A stretch of 58,672 bases of DNA, counting the filler, from an uncultured bacterium (GTDB lineage Bacteria > Hinthialibacterota > Hinthialibacteria > Hinthialibacterales > Hinthialibacteraceae), in the NCBI GenBank assembly GCA_964449065.1. It is 4 parts of 4 records of this genome, joined end to end, with 100 filler letters (N's around TTAATTAATTAA, not from the genome) between each part and the next. Parts side by side here need not be neighbours in the genome. Positions count along the whole stretch, not along the records: positions 1 to 14,745 come from CAYVAZ010000111.1; 3 more parts are not named here. One strand, 5' to 3'. The translations under genes and the position numbers were made by a program. Under the pieces are notes generated by a model, which was not told the DNA's origin, ran no database searches, and saw only the letters and a list, made by a program, of their open reading frames with translations. This document shows positions 1 through 10,261 of this stretch, one piece after another. How positions within the stretch are numbered: position 1 is the stretch's first letter; the number at the start of each line of letters is the position of its first letter.

Positions 1-618
1 CACATTCCCCGTTAATACATCGTCCTGTTCTTCCAGCAGATTCGCCCGGATTTCTGTAATGTTATGCTCGGTTTGAAAGCGGTGCAGGATTTTTGTGAAC
101 CCGCCGCTGAAGATACAGGTCACCGCACCCCGTTCCCGCAGCGATTGAAACAGTTCTTCTACACCGGCATTCAGTTGCAATGAATCATACACCGCATCAA
201 ACGCGCTCACGGAAAGCCCTTTCAATAAAGAACACCGCTTACGCAGAGCCCGCGCAAAATCCAAATGGCCTTCCATTGCTTCTTGGGTAACGGCGGAAAT
301 TTCATCGTACACACCATAATGCCTTGCCAGTTCATCAATCACCTCTTGCTTGATCACAGTCGAATCCATATCAAACACAAACTGCGTTTTTTTTGTGGAA
401 TCCAGTAACTGCGGGACTTGGATAATATCCGCTTGATGTGAGCGCAAAGAATTTCTAAGATGCAGGAGCCGTTCCGGGTGCAGTTCAATCCTTGGAGAAT
501 AATAGATCGCTTTCCATTCGCGGATGGGTTGCTCCCTATCGTGGTGGCGCCCCAGTTCTTTGTGCAGGAGCTCCGCAACCCGGCTCCGCTTGCTTTCCAA
601 TGAAAAAGCGACAATCAA
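1..618 (-). CDS. serB: Phosphoserine phosphatase (HAD family), runs off the left edge
   Basis: Not in the ORF track. Manual minus-strand translation gives QFVFDMDSTVIKQEVIDELA (HAD DxD motif) and later CIFSGGF. TTG start at 618 follows AAGGAG; alternative in-frame ATG at 639. Confidence 0.85.
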   Translation of the reverse strand, partial: MIVAFSLESKRSRVAELLHKELGRHHDREQPIREWKAIYYSPRIELHPERLLHLRNSLRSHQADIIQVPQLLDSTKKTQFVFDMDSTVIKQEVIDELARHYGVYDEISAVTQEAMEGHLDFARALRKRCSLLKGLSVSAFDAVYDSLQLNAGVEELFQSLRERGAVTCIFSGGFTKILHRFQTEHNITEIRANLLEEQDDVLTGNV

Positions 619-653
619 ACTGTTTCTCCTTCCCACCATTCGTGAAGAATATT

Positions 654-756
654 ATACCGATGTTCTTTCAGATTATCAGGTAAGAAAGGTGCTTAGTTCT
701 TCTTTCGCTGAAGCCTATCGTCGCGCCAAATTAACAATCCGAATTGGAAATGGTAT
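654..756. mobile_element. 103-bp MITE-like element, family A copy 1
   Basis: Reverse complement aligns end to end with 42131-42233; imperfect ~25-bp terminal inverted repeats beginning ATACC. Confidence 0.7.
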
Positions 757-812
757 TAGCATCTAACATGACAGGAAAGAGCGGCAAGCATGGACTGCAA
801 CTGAAATCGCCG

Positions 813-3422
813 TTAATTGGATGAGATGTAGGCGTGGAGATCTGTCTTGTGAATAGAGTGTGCCCTGCCGGGAGAAGCGGCTTTTGGCAATGTGCCTTTT
901 TGGAACGGAAATAGTTCTACCCCCGGCCCATCGCGCTCGGCCAACAGCCCGGTATCCGTATGCACTTTGGCGAACTCAATTCCGTCCGGCGGATAGATTT
1001 CGCCGAACAAGCCGGGGCGGACCTCAAACGCATTGCCCATAAATTCCTGCCAGACCGGCAAGGCGGTTTTCGAACCGGTCATTTTGACACCCAGCGATTG
1101 CCGGTGGTCGTCATAGCCCAAATACACAACACACAAAATATCGTCCGAATAGCCCACATACCAGCCGCGTACCGAATTGTCGGTGGTTCCGGTTTTCCCT
1201 ACATGATAAAACGGCAAATCCTTTGCCGGCTGTCCGGTGCCGTTTTCCACCACGGAACGAAGTAGGTTTGTGGTTAGATAGGCCAGTTCCGGCGTGATGC
1301 CGCGTTCTTGGATAAACCGTTCGTTGTGTTGATACAGCAACTTCGGCACGTCATGTTCCGCAATTTGGCGCTGATACACGTTTTGAACCGCATGCAATTC
1401 CACAAACGTTCCGTCATTTGCAAACACCGAATACCCCTGCGCGATATCCCACGGAGGAAATCCAGCCGAACCCAAAGCCACCGTTAAATTCATATCGTGC
1501 CGGGTGAATTCTAAATCAAAATGGCGTTTGCAAAACGAATGGAAATACCGGATACTGGCCGTTCGGCTTGGTTTTAGATTGTCCAACAACCAAACACTGG
1601 CGGCATTATACGAATGGGTTAAGGCTTGCCGCAGGGTCACCCACCCAAAGTATTCATTCTCATAATTTTCCGGCTTGTACGTGCTGGAATATTGGTACTC
1701 AATATCGTGTATTAATGAAGCCGGCGTAAACGGATTGGGCTCTCTCGCCATCGCCGCGGCATACAAGAACGGCTTGAACGCGCTGCCCGGCTGCTGGCTG
1801 TATTGGGTCGCGCGGATCAGTTGACTGTCATAAAAGTTATACCCACCCACCAAGGCCAAGACCTTTCCGGTAGAAGGCTGCACGACGATGATAGCCCCTT
1901 GCACATGATCATCGTTTTTGGCGTGCACAAAACGCAACCCGTTCTCTTCTTCCACCGAAACCACCCGAATGAAATGATCCGGCTGCAAGACGTTAAACTC
2001 ATCCATCCACGTTTCACCGGGATTGATCGAAACGGTAAACGGCCCCTCTCCGTTGGGCACCCGGGGCAGTTTGACTTTTACTGTCCCGGTTGCGGCGTCG
2101 TAAGGCGCAATAATCAGGGCGTCATATTCTTCATCCGCTTTTAAAGTCTTGGTTTGCCGGGTTCTGAAATCCCGGTTGGGATAGTAATGCCCCGGTTTGC
2201 CCCAAAACTTTCCACCGCTACGTCTGTGCATTTGCTCGTGTGTGACGATTCCCGTGCGCAAAGCTTTCTCGGCGATCTCTTGCAGTTCTGTATCAAGAGT
2301 GGTGTATATATCCACGCCCCGGCCATAAATTTCTATGGGATACCCATCGTCGGCTTTAAAGGCTTTTTCTTCTTCAAACTTTTTCCGCACCATCTCCGCG
2401 TAATAGGGGTAGAGGTTAATCTGCGCGCGCCGTTGGCTTTTGCTGTCCAGTCCAAACGGTTCCTGTTCCGCCTGCCGACGCTCTTCTTCCGTAATCAGCC
2501 CTTCGCGGTACATAACATATAGCACGGTTTCAGTACGGGTATGCGCCGCTTCGATGTTTTTTAAAGGGGAATAAGCGTTGGGCCGTTGCAGCATCCCGGC
2601 GAATAAGGCGCATTCTTTCAAAGTCAAATCCTTCACATCTTTACCGAAATAAGCATCCGCCGCCCGCGCTACACCGTAAATATTGCCGCCCAAATAGACT
2701 TGATTAAGATAAATTTCAAGGATTTCTTCTTTGGTGTACTGCTTTTCAATTTTCAATGCAATCAATATTTCCCAAATCTTTTGCCGGAAACTTTTTAGTG
2801 TCATTTCGGGCAGATCGATCGTCAAGTGATCGTTTTTGATCAAATCCTCCACCAACTGCATGGTGATGGTGCTGCCACCTTGCTCTAGCGACCACGTTTG
2901 GATGTCGTGAATGGCGGCACGGATAAACGCGCGCGGGCTGATACCGCAGTGTTCGTAAAAGCGTACATCCTCAATCGCAACGACGGCGTTTTTTAAGTGA
3001 TCCGGCATTTCTTCCAGCGTGGCTTTTTCGCGGTTTTGGTTGAGGTCGTCGCTAAAGAACTCGGCGACCAATTGTTTCTCCGGCGCGTCCGAATACATCC
3101 GGGAAGGTAAGTTGGGTTTGTAGTCTTCCAAAAAAGTGATTGGATCCAGGCGGTTGACATAGCGGTTCAGCATCCCGATGCCCAAGCCGGTAACCGCCCC
3201 GCCCATGACCATCAAACACACAAACATCCATAGCAAAAAGCGGAACCGCTTGCGTTTGGAGTTTGCCCCCTTTCTTTTGCTTCGCGATGATTCCTCTTGG
3301 CGGTTCGCTTTGGTGTGCTTTGGCGCGATGTTGTTCAACTTCTTGCGCTTTTCGGCCGCTTTACGGGCGGCATCCAACGGCGGAAGAGAGGAACGCGTAT
3401 TTTGGGTTCGTTCTTTGCCCAT
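813..3422 (-). CDS. mrcA: Class A penicillin-binding protein (PBP1A family)
   Basis: N-terminal TM; transglycosylase motifs EDVRFYEH and GGSTITMQL; transpeptidase motifs SAFK, SYN, KTG. Confidence 0.92.
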   Translation of the reverse strand: MGKERTQNTRSSLPPLDAARKAAEKRKKLNNIAPKHTKANRQEESSRSKRKGANSKRKRFRFLLWMFVCLMVMGGAVTGLGIGMLNRYVNRLDPITFLEDYKPNLPSRMYSDAPEKQLVAEFFSDDLNQNREKATLEEMPDHLKNAVVAIEDVRFYEHCGISPRAFIRAAIHDIQTWSLEQGGSTITMQLVEDLIKNDHLTIDLPEMTLKSFRQKIWEILIALKIEKQYTKEEILEIYLNQVYLGGNIYGVARAADAYFGKDVKDLTLKECALFAGMLQRPNAYSPLKNIEAAHTRTETVLYVMYREGLITEEERRQAEQEPFGLDSKSQRRAQINLYPYYAEMVRKKFEEEKAFKADDGYPIEIYGRGVDIYTTLDTELQEIAEKALRTGIVTHEQMHRRSGGKFWGKPGHYYPNRDFRTRQTKTLKADEEYDALIIAPYDAATGTVKVKLPRVPNGEGPFTVSINPGETWMDEFNVLQPDHFIRVVSVEEENGLRFVHAKNDDHVQGAIIVVQPSTGKVLALVGGYNFYDSQLIRATQYSQQPGSAFKPFLYAAAMAREPNPFTPASLIHDIEYQYSSTYKPENYENEYFGWVTLRQALTHSYNAASVWLLDNLKPSRTASIRYFHSFCKRHFDLEFTRHDMNLTVALGSAGFPPWDIAQGYSVFANDGTFVELHAVQNVYQRQIAEHDVPKLLYQHNERFIQERGITPELAYLTTNLLRSVVENGTGQPAKDLPFYHVGKTGTTDNSVRGWYVGYSDDILCVVYLGYDDHRQSLGVKMTGSKTALPVWQEFMGNAFEVRPGLFGEIYPPDGIEFAKVHTDTGLLAERDGPGVELFPFQKGTLPKAASPGRAHSIHKTDLHAYISSN

Positions 3423-3523
3423 ATTGTCACTTCAACAACCATAGAATTTATATCGCAATGTAGGAGCACATTGCAACAGGCCCCGACAACAGCGCTTATA
3501 GACATGGATCAGAGTATAGCCGA

Positions 3524-4492
3524 TTATGCAACCATGGATAAGACTACTTTTTTCGCGCCCCGCGCAGCGGCGGTTTCCCATGCGGCAAGCGTTTCATCAA
3601 AAGAATAAACCGCTTCTATCAAATCTGTCACAGGCAGGATTTTCTTCTCCAGCAAACGCAAAGCCGGGGCAAATTGCCCGCAGCGTGACCCCACAACACG
3701 AATCTCATCAATCACAATGGGCGATAGATCCAGCCCTTCCGGATGTGCCATCGTGCTTTTCAGCACAATAGTGCCGCGTGGTTTGACCATGGCCATGGCG
3801 CGCTGCAAGCCGCCGGTGTTTCCGGTGGCTTCTACTATGATATCCCACTGCTTGTTTTCGCTGGAATCCAATTCATCTTCCCGCGCGGTATTGATTTGAT
3901 TTTTTAGAATATCCAAATGGCTCTGATGATGCCCAACCAGCAGCGTTTGACCATCATGCTTATGCCCAAATGCCATCGCAATCAGCATCCCCAGCTTGCC
4001 GTCGCCGATGACGCAGACACGCTGCGCCGGTTCTACGCGAATTTGCTCGAAGATTTCCAGCGCCGCCGCCAGCGGTTCGGTAAACACGGCTTCTTGGTCC
4101 GATACCGAACCGGGCACGGGCAAAATATTTTTCGGGGGGAGGGTAGTTAGTTCGGCAAAACAGCCGTCGCGGTTGAGGATACCCAACACCGAGCGGTTGA
4201 GGCAATGGCGCTGCATCCCGCGCGCGCATTCCGGGCACTTGTTGCACCCGGCGTTGATTTCACCCACCACGCGGGCTCCGAATGGCAGGCTGGGATGGTT
4301 CCCTGCGATTTCACCCACAAACTCATGCCCTAAAATCCCCTCATAGCCCATATAGCCTTTGGAAAGTTCCAAATCCGTACGGCAAATCCCCGCCATTCGC
4401 ACTTTTAGGAGCACTTCGCCGTCGCGTTCTTGCGGCTCTGGGGCATCGGTGACGAATTGGACACCGTTACTATTGAAGAGTAATGCTTTCAA
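3524..4492 (-). CDS. Zinc-dependent alcohol dehydrogenase (MDR family)
   Basis: GICRTD, GHEFVG, CNKCPEC..C zinc motif, GDGKLG Rossmann motif. Start placed at TTG 4492. Confidence 0.88.
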   Translation of the reverse strand: MKALLFNSNGVQFVTDAPEPQERDGEVLLKVRMAGICRTDLELSKGYMGYEGILGHEFVGEIAGNHPSLPFGARVVGEINAGCNKCPECARGMQRHCLNRSVLGILNRDGCFAELTTLPPKNILPVPGSVSDQEAVFTEPLAAALEIFEQIRVEPAQRVCVIGDGKLGMLIAMAFGHKHDGQTLLVGHHQSHLDILKNQINTAREDELDSSENKQWDIIVEATGNTGGLQRAMAMVKPRGTIVLKSTMAHPEGLDLSPIVIDEIRVVGSRCGQFAPALRLLEKKILPVTDLIEAVYSFDETLAAWETAAARGAKKVVLSMVA

Positions 4493-4605
4493 ACGCCCCC
4501 CCAAATTTTCTTGAAAATACGAAATTCTACGGCTGCACTTGCGTCAGGTAGTTTGTAGTGTGACATGGTTGTGAACTAACCAATAAAACTTTAATTTATA
4601 TAAGC

Positions 4606-4638
4606 GTTTGATTTTATTTAACTTGCGTAAAATCAAAC
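4606..4638. promoter_or_regulatory. Perfect 11-bp inverted repeat in divergent intergenic region, possible operator
   Basis: GTTTGATTTTA-N11-TAAAATCAAAC. Confidence 0.35.
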
Positions 4639-5206
4639 TGAGAACCTTTCTATTTTGTATACATTTTACTTTAATTGGCTGGCACGGAAAGACAAGTTGC
4701 GGATTTTTAGCACTTATACCAGGTTGCCTAAAGTAAAGTGAGTTATTCCATCTTTTTTAGAGGTACCCCCCTGTGGTTACCCCACAGCAGGGCAGCCTCA
4801 GCAGGTGAGTTTAGATGTGCCGCTGTTGTATAATATGAGGTCACAATCCCTTTTGCCCTTCGGGTATTTTCCCCAACTTGGGGAGAGAGAAAAGGCTTTG
4901 CTTTTTCAGATAGATACCCTTAGATCAATGACATTGGGGGGGATGAAATGCAACATCAAATATCATCTGTGTATCCTGGCACTGATTTACACTGGATTTA
5001 CCCATTGGTCAGAGAAGACAATCCCCCCAGAACAGAATCTCTAATCTAATGTGCTTTCGCGGCGAATTAGAGGTCGAGCAAACAATATACAGGAAAAACA
5101 TTGCAAAACCGTCGATTCAAGAATATCATGTACCTATAGAAATTTAACAAGATTTCATTAACGCTTTGACGTTATTATGCCGATGAATTAGAATGTTGTC
5201 ATACAA

Positions 5207-6616
5207 ATGCTACCATTCCCATTCTTGAACCATAGGAAAACCGCGTTGCCAAGCCGCTCAATCAATCAAGAGTCCGTATCGTTTGTCGCTGAACAGAACG
5301 AAACCATGTCGTTTTTGGTTAAACGAGAAGTGAAGAAGTTGCTCGAAGAAGGCAAACAACGCCTTCGCGAAGGCAATTATGACGACGCGATAAAATTCTA
5401 CACACACGCGGTGAATGCCGACCAAAGTTGCGCGCTCTGCCACTTTAATCTCGGTTTTGCCTATCAAGAACACGGCAATCTATCCTCAGCCAAAGAACGC
5501 TACGAAAAAGCCATCGAACTCGAACCCACATGCAGCCTGTTCATCGAACACTTGGCGCGCCTCTACTTCGAAAGCCAGGAATACAGTCAATCTTCCAAAC
5601 TGTTTCACCGCGCTTCGCTGGTTGGGCCAATCCAGCCTGTCAGTTTAGGCCTGTGGGGCAGGGCGTTATATGAGCAAAACTGCTTCGAGCAGGCTATCGA
5701 TGCTTTCGAACGCCTGTTGGAAGAAAACCAGGATACTGTTTTAACCATTGGGGCCTATTTTTGGTGTATCCTGTCGCACATCAAGTTGGGCAACACCGCC
5801 GCCGCGCGCCGCATGTCCGAAACCATGCTTAGCAACAAATGCATCGATCACAAAGTGTTGTTAGAACTGGGGGAACAGTTTATCAAGCTGCGCTGCCTGG
5901 GGCTGGCGCGCTGTATCTTTGAGCGTATTATTATCGCCAAAGAAGAAACCATGATCGCCCGCCTGCGCCTGGATGACATCAAATCGCTGGAAGACCGCAT
6001 CGATGAACTGTTGCCGCAACTTTACGACAACGACGAAGAAGCGGTGCTGCGCAACATTCACGCGCTACGCGAATTCGGCAATGACCGGATTTCCAAAGCG
6101 TTTTTATCGTTGATTCATTCCGATTCGGCCCCCGTGCGTGAAGCGGTGGTGCTTTACCAAACCGCGTATGGCTATGATGTCGCCGATCACATCAAACCGC
6201 TGTTGACCGATCCCATTGCCTATGTCCGTGATGCCGCGTTTGATTATTTTGTAAAATTGGATTTAGCGGAACATCTGTATGATATCCTCAAAGGCCTCAA
6301 CGATGAGCATCCCGAAATCCGCAAGAACGTGGTGCGCTTCGCGGGCCGCTTTGGCACGATGGAAACTGTGCCGCGCCTGGAAATGGGGGTGGATGATCCG
6401 AAAAACCGTGAGATTGAAAGCGACATCCGTGGCGCCATCCGTCAAATCAAACACCGTCACCAAAAGAAGTTCGATTCGCTCTTCAGCATGAACATGTTCG
6501 GCATGGACAATCAATCCTCAAGCAACCCCCTCTACGACTGGAAACGCTGGCTCCTTTACCTCTTCCAAATCACCGCCTTGATTTATTTCGTCTACTTTGT
6601 GCTGTATGGGTTTTAG
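5207..6616 (+). CDS. TPR and HEAT-repeat protein with C-terminal membrane anchor
   Basis: N-terminal TPR units (CHFNLGFAYQEHG..AKERYEKAIELEP), HEAT-like repeats (DPIAYVRDAA, DEHPEIRKNVV), hydrophobic C-terminus. Start may be further downstream. Confidence 0.75.
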   Translation: MLPFPFLNHRKTALPSRSINQESVSFVAEQNETMSFLVKREVKKLLEEGKQRLREGNYDDAIKFYTHAVNADQSCALCHFNLGFAYQEHGNLSSAKERYEKAIELEPTCSLFIEHLARLYFESQEYSQSSKLFHRASLVGPIQPVSLGLWGRALYEQNCFEQAIDAFERLLEENQDTVLTIGAYFWCILSHIKLGNTAAARRMSETMLSNKCIDHKVLLELGEQFIKLRCLGLARCIFERIIIAKEETMIARLRLDDIKSLEDRIDELLPQLYDNDEEAVLRNIHALREFGNDRISKAFLSLIHSDSAPVREAVVLYQTAYGYDVADHIKPLLTDPIAYVRDAAFDYFVKLDLAEHLYDILKGLNDEHPEIRKNVVRFAGRFGTMETVPRLEMGVDDPKNREIESDIRGAIRQIKHRHQKKFDSLFSMNMFGMDNQSSSNPLYDWKRWLLYLFQITALIYFVYFVLYGF

Positions 6617-6654
6617 AAAGAACTAAAACCAAATGGTATAAGCAAAATCACGGT

Positions 6655-7938
6655 CTATTGATGAACTTTATACCCAAGCAGCAGGCGCCGTAGTTGGTCT
6701 AACGCGTAATAGCAGCTGCGTTGACGGATGCTTTCGCGGTCTCCGGCGCAGTTGACCAAGAAGGGGTATACTTCGCCGTTTTGGTTGGCCGCGGCGATCC
6801 ATACCGTACCGACCGGTTTTTCTTCCGTGCCGCCGTCCGGCCCGGCAATACCGGTGATGGAGATGCCCCAATCGGTTTGCAGCTCGTTAACGATTCCTAA
6901 CGCCATTTCGTAGGCGGTTTCGCGGCTGACGGCGCCGTATTTTTCCAGTGTGTCGTCATGCACACCCAGCATGAATTGCTTGATCTCATTGCTATAGGCG
7001 ATGATGCCGCCTTTGAAGACGCTGGATGAGCCGGGAACCGCTGTGAGTTTTTCGCCCAACATGCCGCCGGTGCACGATTCAGCCACCGAGACGGTTTGAT
7101 TCTTGTCCTTTAATAAAGCAATCAGCGTTTCTTCCAGAGAATGATGATCCGTGCTGAAAATGTATTCGGGAAATAAGCGTTTGACTTTATGGCTGTAACC
7201 TTGCAGCCGCTGATGAGCTTCATCGGAATTTTCGTAAAGGGATAAGCGTAATTCAACGATCCCCAAACCGGCAAGATAAGAGACATTCAACCCTGGTTCA
7301 TCATGAAACTGTTTGCGGATGACTTCATCGATGTTGGATTCACCGATTCCGCAAAATTTGAAGGATTGGAATATTGGGATCACCCGGTTGGGCAGGCGTT
7401 GATCGAGATAGGGCAAAACCTGCCCGAAGAACATCGGTTCGAGTTCGCGGGGCGGGCCGGGGAGGGCGATGATGGTTTTTTCGTCTGCTTCAAACACGAG
7501 CCCGGGCGCGGTGCCGTTATCGTTTTGGAGGAACGATCCTTGAATAGGGACGAGTGCCTGCAAGCGGTTGTTGTCTTTCATGGCGCGGTTCATGCGGTTG
7601 AAGCGGTCTTGGATCATTCGCAGCGCGTCCGGGTCCTCCCGCAACGGGATACCGGTCGCGTTGGATATGGCATCGCGGGTGAGGTCATCGGTGGTGGGGC
7701 CTAAGCCTCCGGTGGTGAAGATGAGGTTGGTGTCCGCCAATGCCGCGCGGATGGCTTCGTCAAAAAACCGCACTTCATCGCCGACCACGATCACGCGTTT
7801 GCATTCGATGCCAATGCGCGCCATTTCGCGGGTAAGAAAGGCGATGTGCTTATCCTGCCGCCTGCCGGACAGGATTTCGTTGCCGCTGATAATGAGGATG
7901 AAAGTGTTTTGTTTGATCATAGTGTTTTGTTTGGTCAT
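6655..7938 (-). CDS. cinA: CinA family competence/damage-inducible protein with NMN deamidase (PncC) domain
   Basis: SGNEILSG, TGGLGPTTDDLT, AESCTGG, SITGIAGPDGG. Start at ATG 7938 or 7920. Confidence 0.92.
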   Translation of the reverse strand: MTKQNTMIKQNTFILIISGNEILSGRRQDKHIAFLTREMARIGIECKRVIVVGDEVRFFDEAIRAALADTNLIFTTGGLGPTTDDLTRDAISNATGIPLREDPDALRMIQDRFNRMNRAMKDNNRLQALVPIQGSFLQNDNGTAPGLVFEADEKTIIALPGPPRELEPMFFGQVLPYLDQRLPNRVIPIFQSFKFCGIGESNIDEVIRKQFHDEPGLNVSYLAGLGIVELRLSLYENSDEAHQRLQGYSHKVKRLFPEYIFSTDHHSLEETLIALLKDKNQTVSVAESCTGGMLGEKLTAVPGSSSVFKGGIIAYSNEIKQFMLGVHDDTLEKYGAVSRETAYEMALGIVNELQTDWGISITGIAGPDGGTEEKPVGTVWIAAANQNGEVYPFLVNCAGDRESIRQRSCYYALDQLRRLLLGYKVHQ

Positions 7939-8447
7939 GATGATATTCGCTGTATTGGGAAATGCTCTAACTCTTTGGTATCTTTCCATGTTCTGATATT
8001 AAAAACGGCGCAGTCTTTGATAAATGGTCTTTGCCATTCAGTCGAATTCGGGCCCTTTAAAGGAATGATTCGCTTCAACGCTTCAGTTCTAGCCAGTAAT
8101 GCGTCTTCTTTTAATTTATCGAATGCGATAAGGACATAATAATAAATGTCTTTTCTTGCTCTACCTGAAGCATACTCATAAATAAATGAATCTCTATATT
8201 TGACTTTAAAATCGTCATCGATTTTCCCGGATGAAAAACTCTGAACAAACTGTTGGGTTTGTTGGTTTCTACTGTTTGGATTTTGAGGATCTTTAATTTC
8301 AATAAAAATATATCGGTCCCTAAGATCAAGGATAAAATCAACAGCTTTCATGCAATGCGATAAACCATGTTCTTCACCATCAAATTTTCTATAAGAAATG
8401 CTACTTGGCACTGTAATTTGGATATCACCTTCTTGCAAAACCGTCAT
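7935..8447 (-). CDS. Hypothetical protein, putative PD-(D/E)xK nuclease fold
   Basis: KAVDFI...FIEIKD resembles a D...ExK catalytic motif; AT-rich; ATGA overlap with the upstream ATPase. Confidence 0.55.
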   Translation of the reverse strand: MTVLQEGDIQITVPSSISYRKFDGEEHGLSHCMKAVDFILDLRDRYIFIEIKDPQNPNSRNQQTQQFVQSFSSGKIDDDFKVKYRDSFIYEYASGRARKDIYYYVLIAFDKLKEDALLARTEALKRIIPLKGPNSTEWQRPFIKDCAVFNIRTWKDTKELEHFPIQRISS

Positions 8448-9460
8448 ATCTTCAATCCCCCTAAACTACGTGTTACTTCACGGTCATATAAATCAGAGAA
8501 TGTATCTGCTATCGCATTGGGACTTATACTTAAATAATCGGATGTACTATTGCACACTATTTCTCCATTATCTCGATATAGAGAATGAAATTTTATTTGG
8601 TCTCCTTGCTTCATCTGTAAATCCAATTCTTTAAGAATTACATAATCATGAGTCGCAATAAATATTTGTACACCAATTCTTTGAAGAGACAATAATATTT
8701 CCATTAGCGTACCATATAATTTTGGGTTTAAATTTGTTTCTGGTTCATCCCAAAAAAGAACTGAACCATTTAATAAAGTGCCGTTTTGAATAAGGAGCCA
8801 TAATAATCCTAATTTTCTTATTCCTTCAGCAAGTAAAGTAAATTCTAAATTCCCCTGTTTATTCCGAAGAAAGAATTCCTCATCTTTGATAATTACTTTT
8901 CCATCCATTACTTTTTGGAGTAATTTTAAAAGTTCTTTCCTTTGATCATTTATGGGACCACGTTGAGGAGGCAGGTATGCTCTGTCTAAAATATCCGAAT
9001 AAATTTCTTCAAAATGTATTTCCCGTTGAGAATATAGTGATCGAAATCCAGGAGCATTTGATAACATTTCTTTAACGGGAATATAAACACATTCAATGGG
9101 TTCCTTTAACCAATCAATCTTACCTGAAAATTTAGCTGAACTTGCTACTGTTGAATGATTTGAAAATGAGACAATAAGTTTTGAATTTTCACGATATATT
9201 AAAACTCTTCCTTTTTCGCTTCCTTTTTTACGCTTAACGAGTCTCCCTAAATTTCCACCAGAAGGCAAGAAAACACGGATCAATTTATCAGCAAAATTGA
9301 TTTTCGATTTTGAAACATCACACGCCGAGTATAAAATCTTCATTAGATGGGTTTTTCCCGTGCCATTTGTCCCAATAAGAACATTTATTCCTGGAGAAAA
9401 AGTAATATCTTGTATATTGAACGCTGTAAAATTGACCATCTTTATTTTTTTTAAGGTCAT
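8444..9460 (-). CDS. ABC-type ATPase (AAA_15/AAA_21-like, non-transporter)
   Basis: NFTAF start motif, Walker A GTNGTGKT, signature-like LAEG, Walker B/D-loop FWDEPETNLNP, H-loop ATHD; no TM partner nearby. Confidence 0.85.
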   Translation of the reverse strand: MTLKKIKMVNFTAFNIQDITFSPGINVLIGTNGTGKTHLMKILYSACDVSKSKINFADKLIRVFLPSGGNLGRLVKRKKGSEKGRVLIYRENSKLIVSFSNHSTVASSAKFSGKIDWLKEPIECVYIPVKEMLSNAPGFRSLYSQREIHFEEIYSDILDRAYLPPQRGPINDQRKELLKLLQKVMDGKVIIKDEEFFLRNKQGNLEFTLLAEGIRKLGLLWLLIQNGTLLNGSVLFWDEPETNLNPKLYGTLMEILLSLQRIGVQIFIATHDYVILKELDLQMKQGDQIKFHSLYRDNGEIVCNSTSDYLSISPNAIADTFSDLYDREVTRSLGGLKI

Positions 9461-9508
9461 AGTTGTTCTCCTGTTTTTAAATCAGTCCAATATTTATATT
9501 CGATGCTT

Positions 9509-10261
9509 TTACATTTTATGCTGTGTATACGCTCTTGCTAGTGATAGCACCAACATCCGCTTTGCCCCGTTTTCATGCAATTCTTTGCTGAGTTCGTTAA
9601 CCGTGCTGCCGGTGGTGACGATGTCATCGACGATGAGTAGGTTTTTGCCTTTGATGGCATCCGGCCGGATAACGGTGTAGGCTCCACGAACATTTTGGCT
9701 CCGTTCTTCGGGCTTTAAATGCACTTGCGGGCGGGTCCAGCGGTTGCGGATCACGACATCACAGAGTTGAGGGATATTGGTTTTATCCGCAAGATGCCGG
9801 GTTAACAATTGCGATTGGTTGAACTCGCGGTGCCGCTGCCTGCGTTTGTGCAGCGGTACGGAAATCATGCCGTCGATGGGTTCATTTTCATAATACCGCT
9901 GATACGCCTGGAACAAAAATTCGGATAATCCCGCCGCCATGGAGTGGAAGTATTCAAACTTAAACGCATGGATCATGCGGTGGACACGTTCATCGTTGTA
10001 ATCGAGTTCCGAGCGGACTTGTTCGAAGAAGATTTTACCGCCGGGGCAGTTGCCGCAGCGTTTTCGGTTTAAGTTTTCATCCCGCACCGGCGAGCCGCAG
10101 GTTTCGCAGATGGGGGGATGAATGCGGACAATATCATGATGGCAGTTTTGGCATAAGAATGAATCATCAAAGGTTAACGGGGCATAACAACACACACAGG
10201 CGCGGGGGTAGATGTAATCCAGCGCGGCCAATAAGAACGGTTTAACGATTCCTGCAATCAT
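9509..10261 (-). CDS. comF: ComF family protein (double zinc ribbon + PRTase domain)
   Basis: YPRACVCC, four CxxC, VPLH..R...REFNQ, LIVDDIVTTGST. ATG 10261 overlaps the rmlD stop. Confidence 0.88.
   Translation of the reverse strand: MIAGIVKPFLLAALDYIYPRACVCCYAPLTFDDSFLCQNCHHDIVRIHPPICETCGSPVRDENLNRKRCGNCPGGKIFFEQVRSELDYNDERVHRMIHAFKFEYFHSMAAGLSEFLFQAYQRYYENEPIDGMISVPLHKRRQRHREFNQSQLLTRHLADKTNIPQLCDVVIRNRWTRPQVHLKPEERSQNVRGAYTVIRPDAIKGKNLLIVDDIVTTGSTVNELSKELHENGAKRMLVLSLARAYTQHKM

Noticed and set aside
354..766. Short ORFs listed at the left edge
   Set aside because: They overlap the real serB frame and a MITE; spurious.
4680..4700. Sigma54 promoter (TGGCAC...TTGC)
   Set aside because: Spacing between the -24 and -12 elements is too long.
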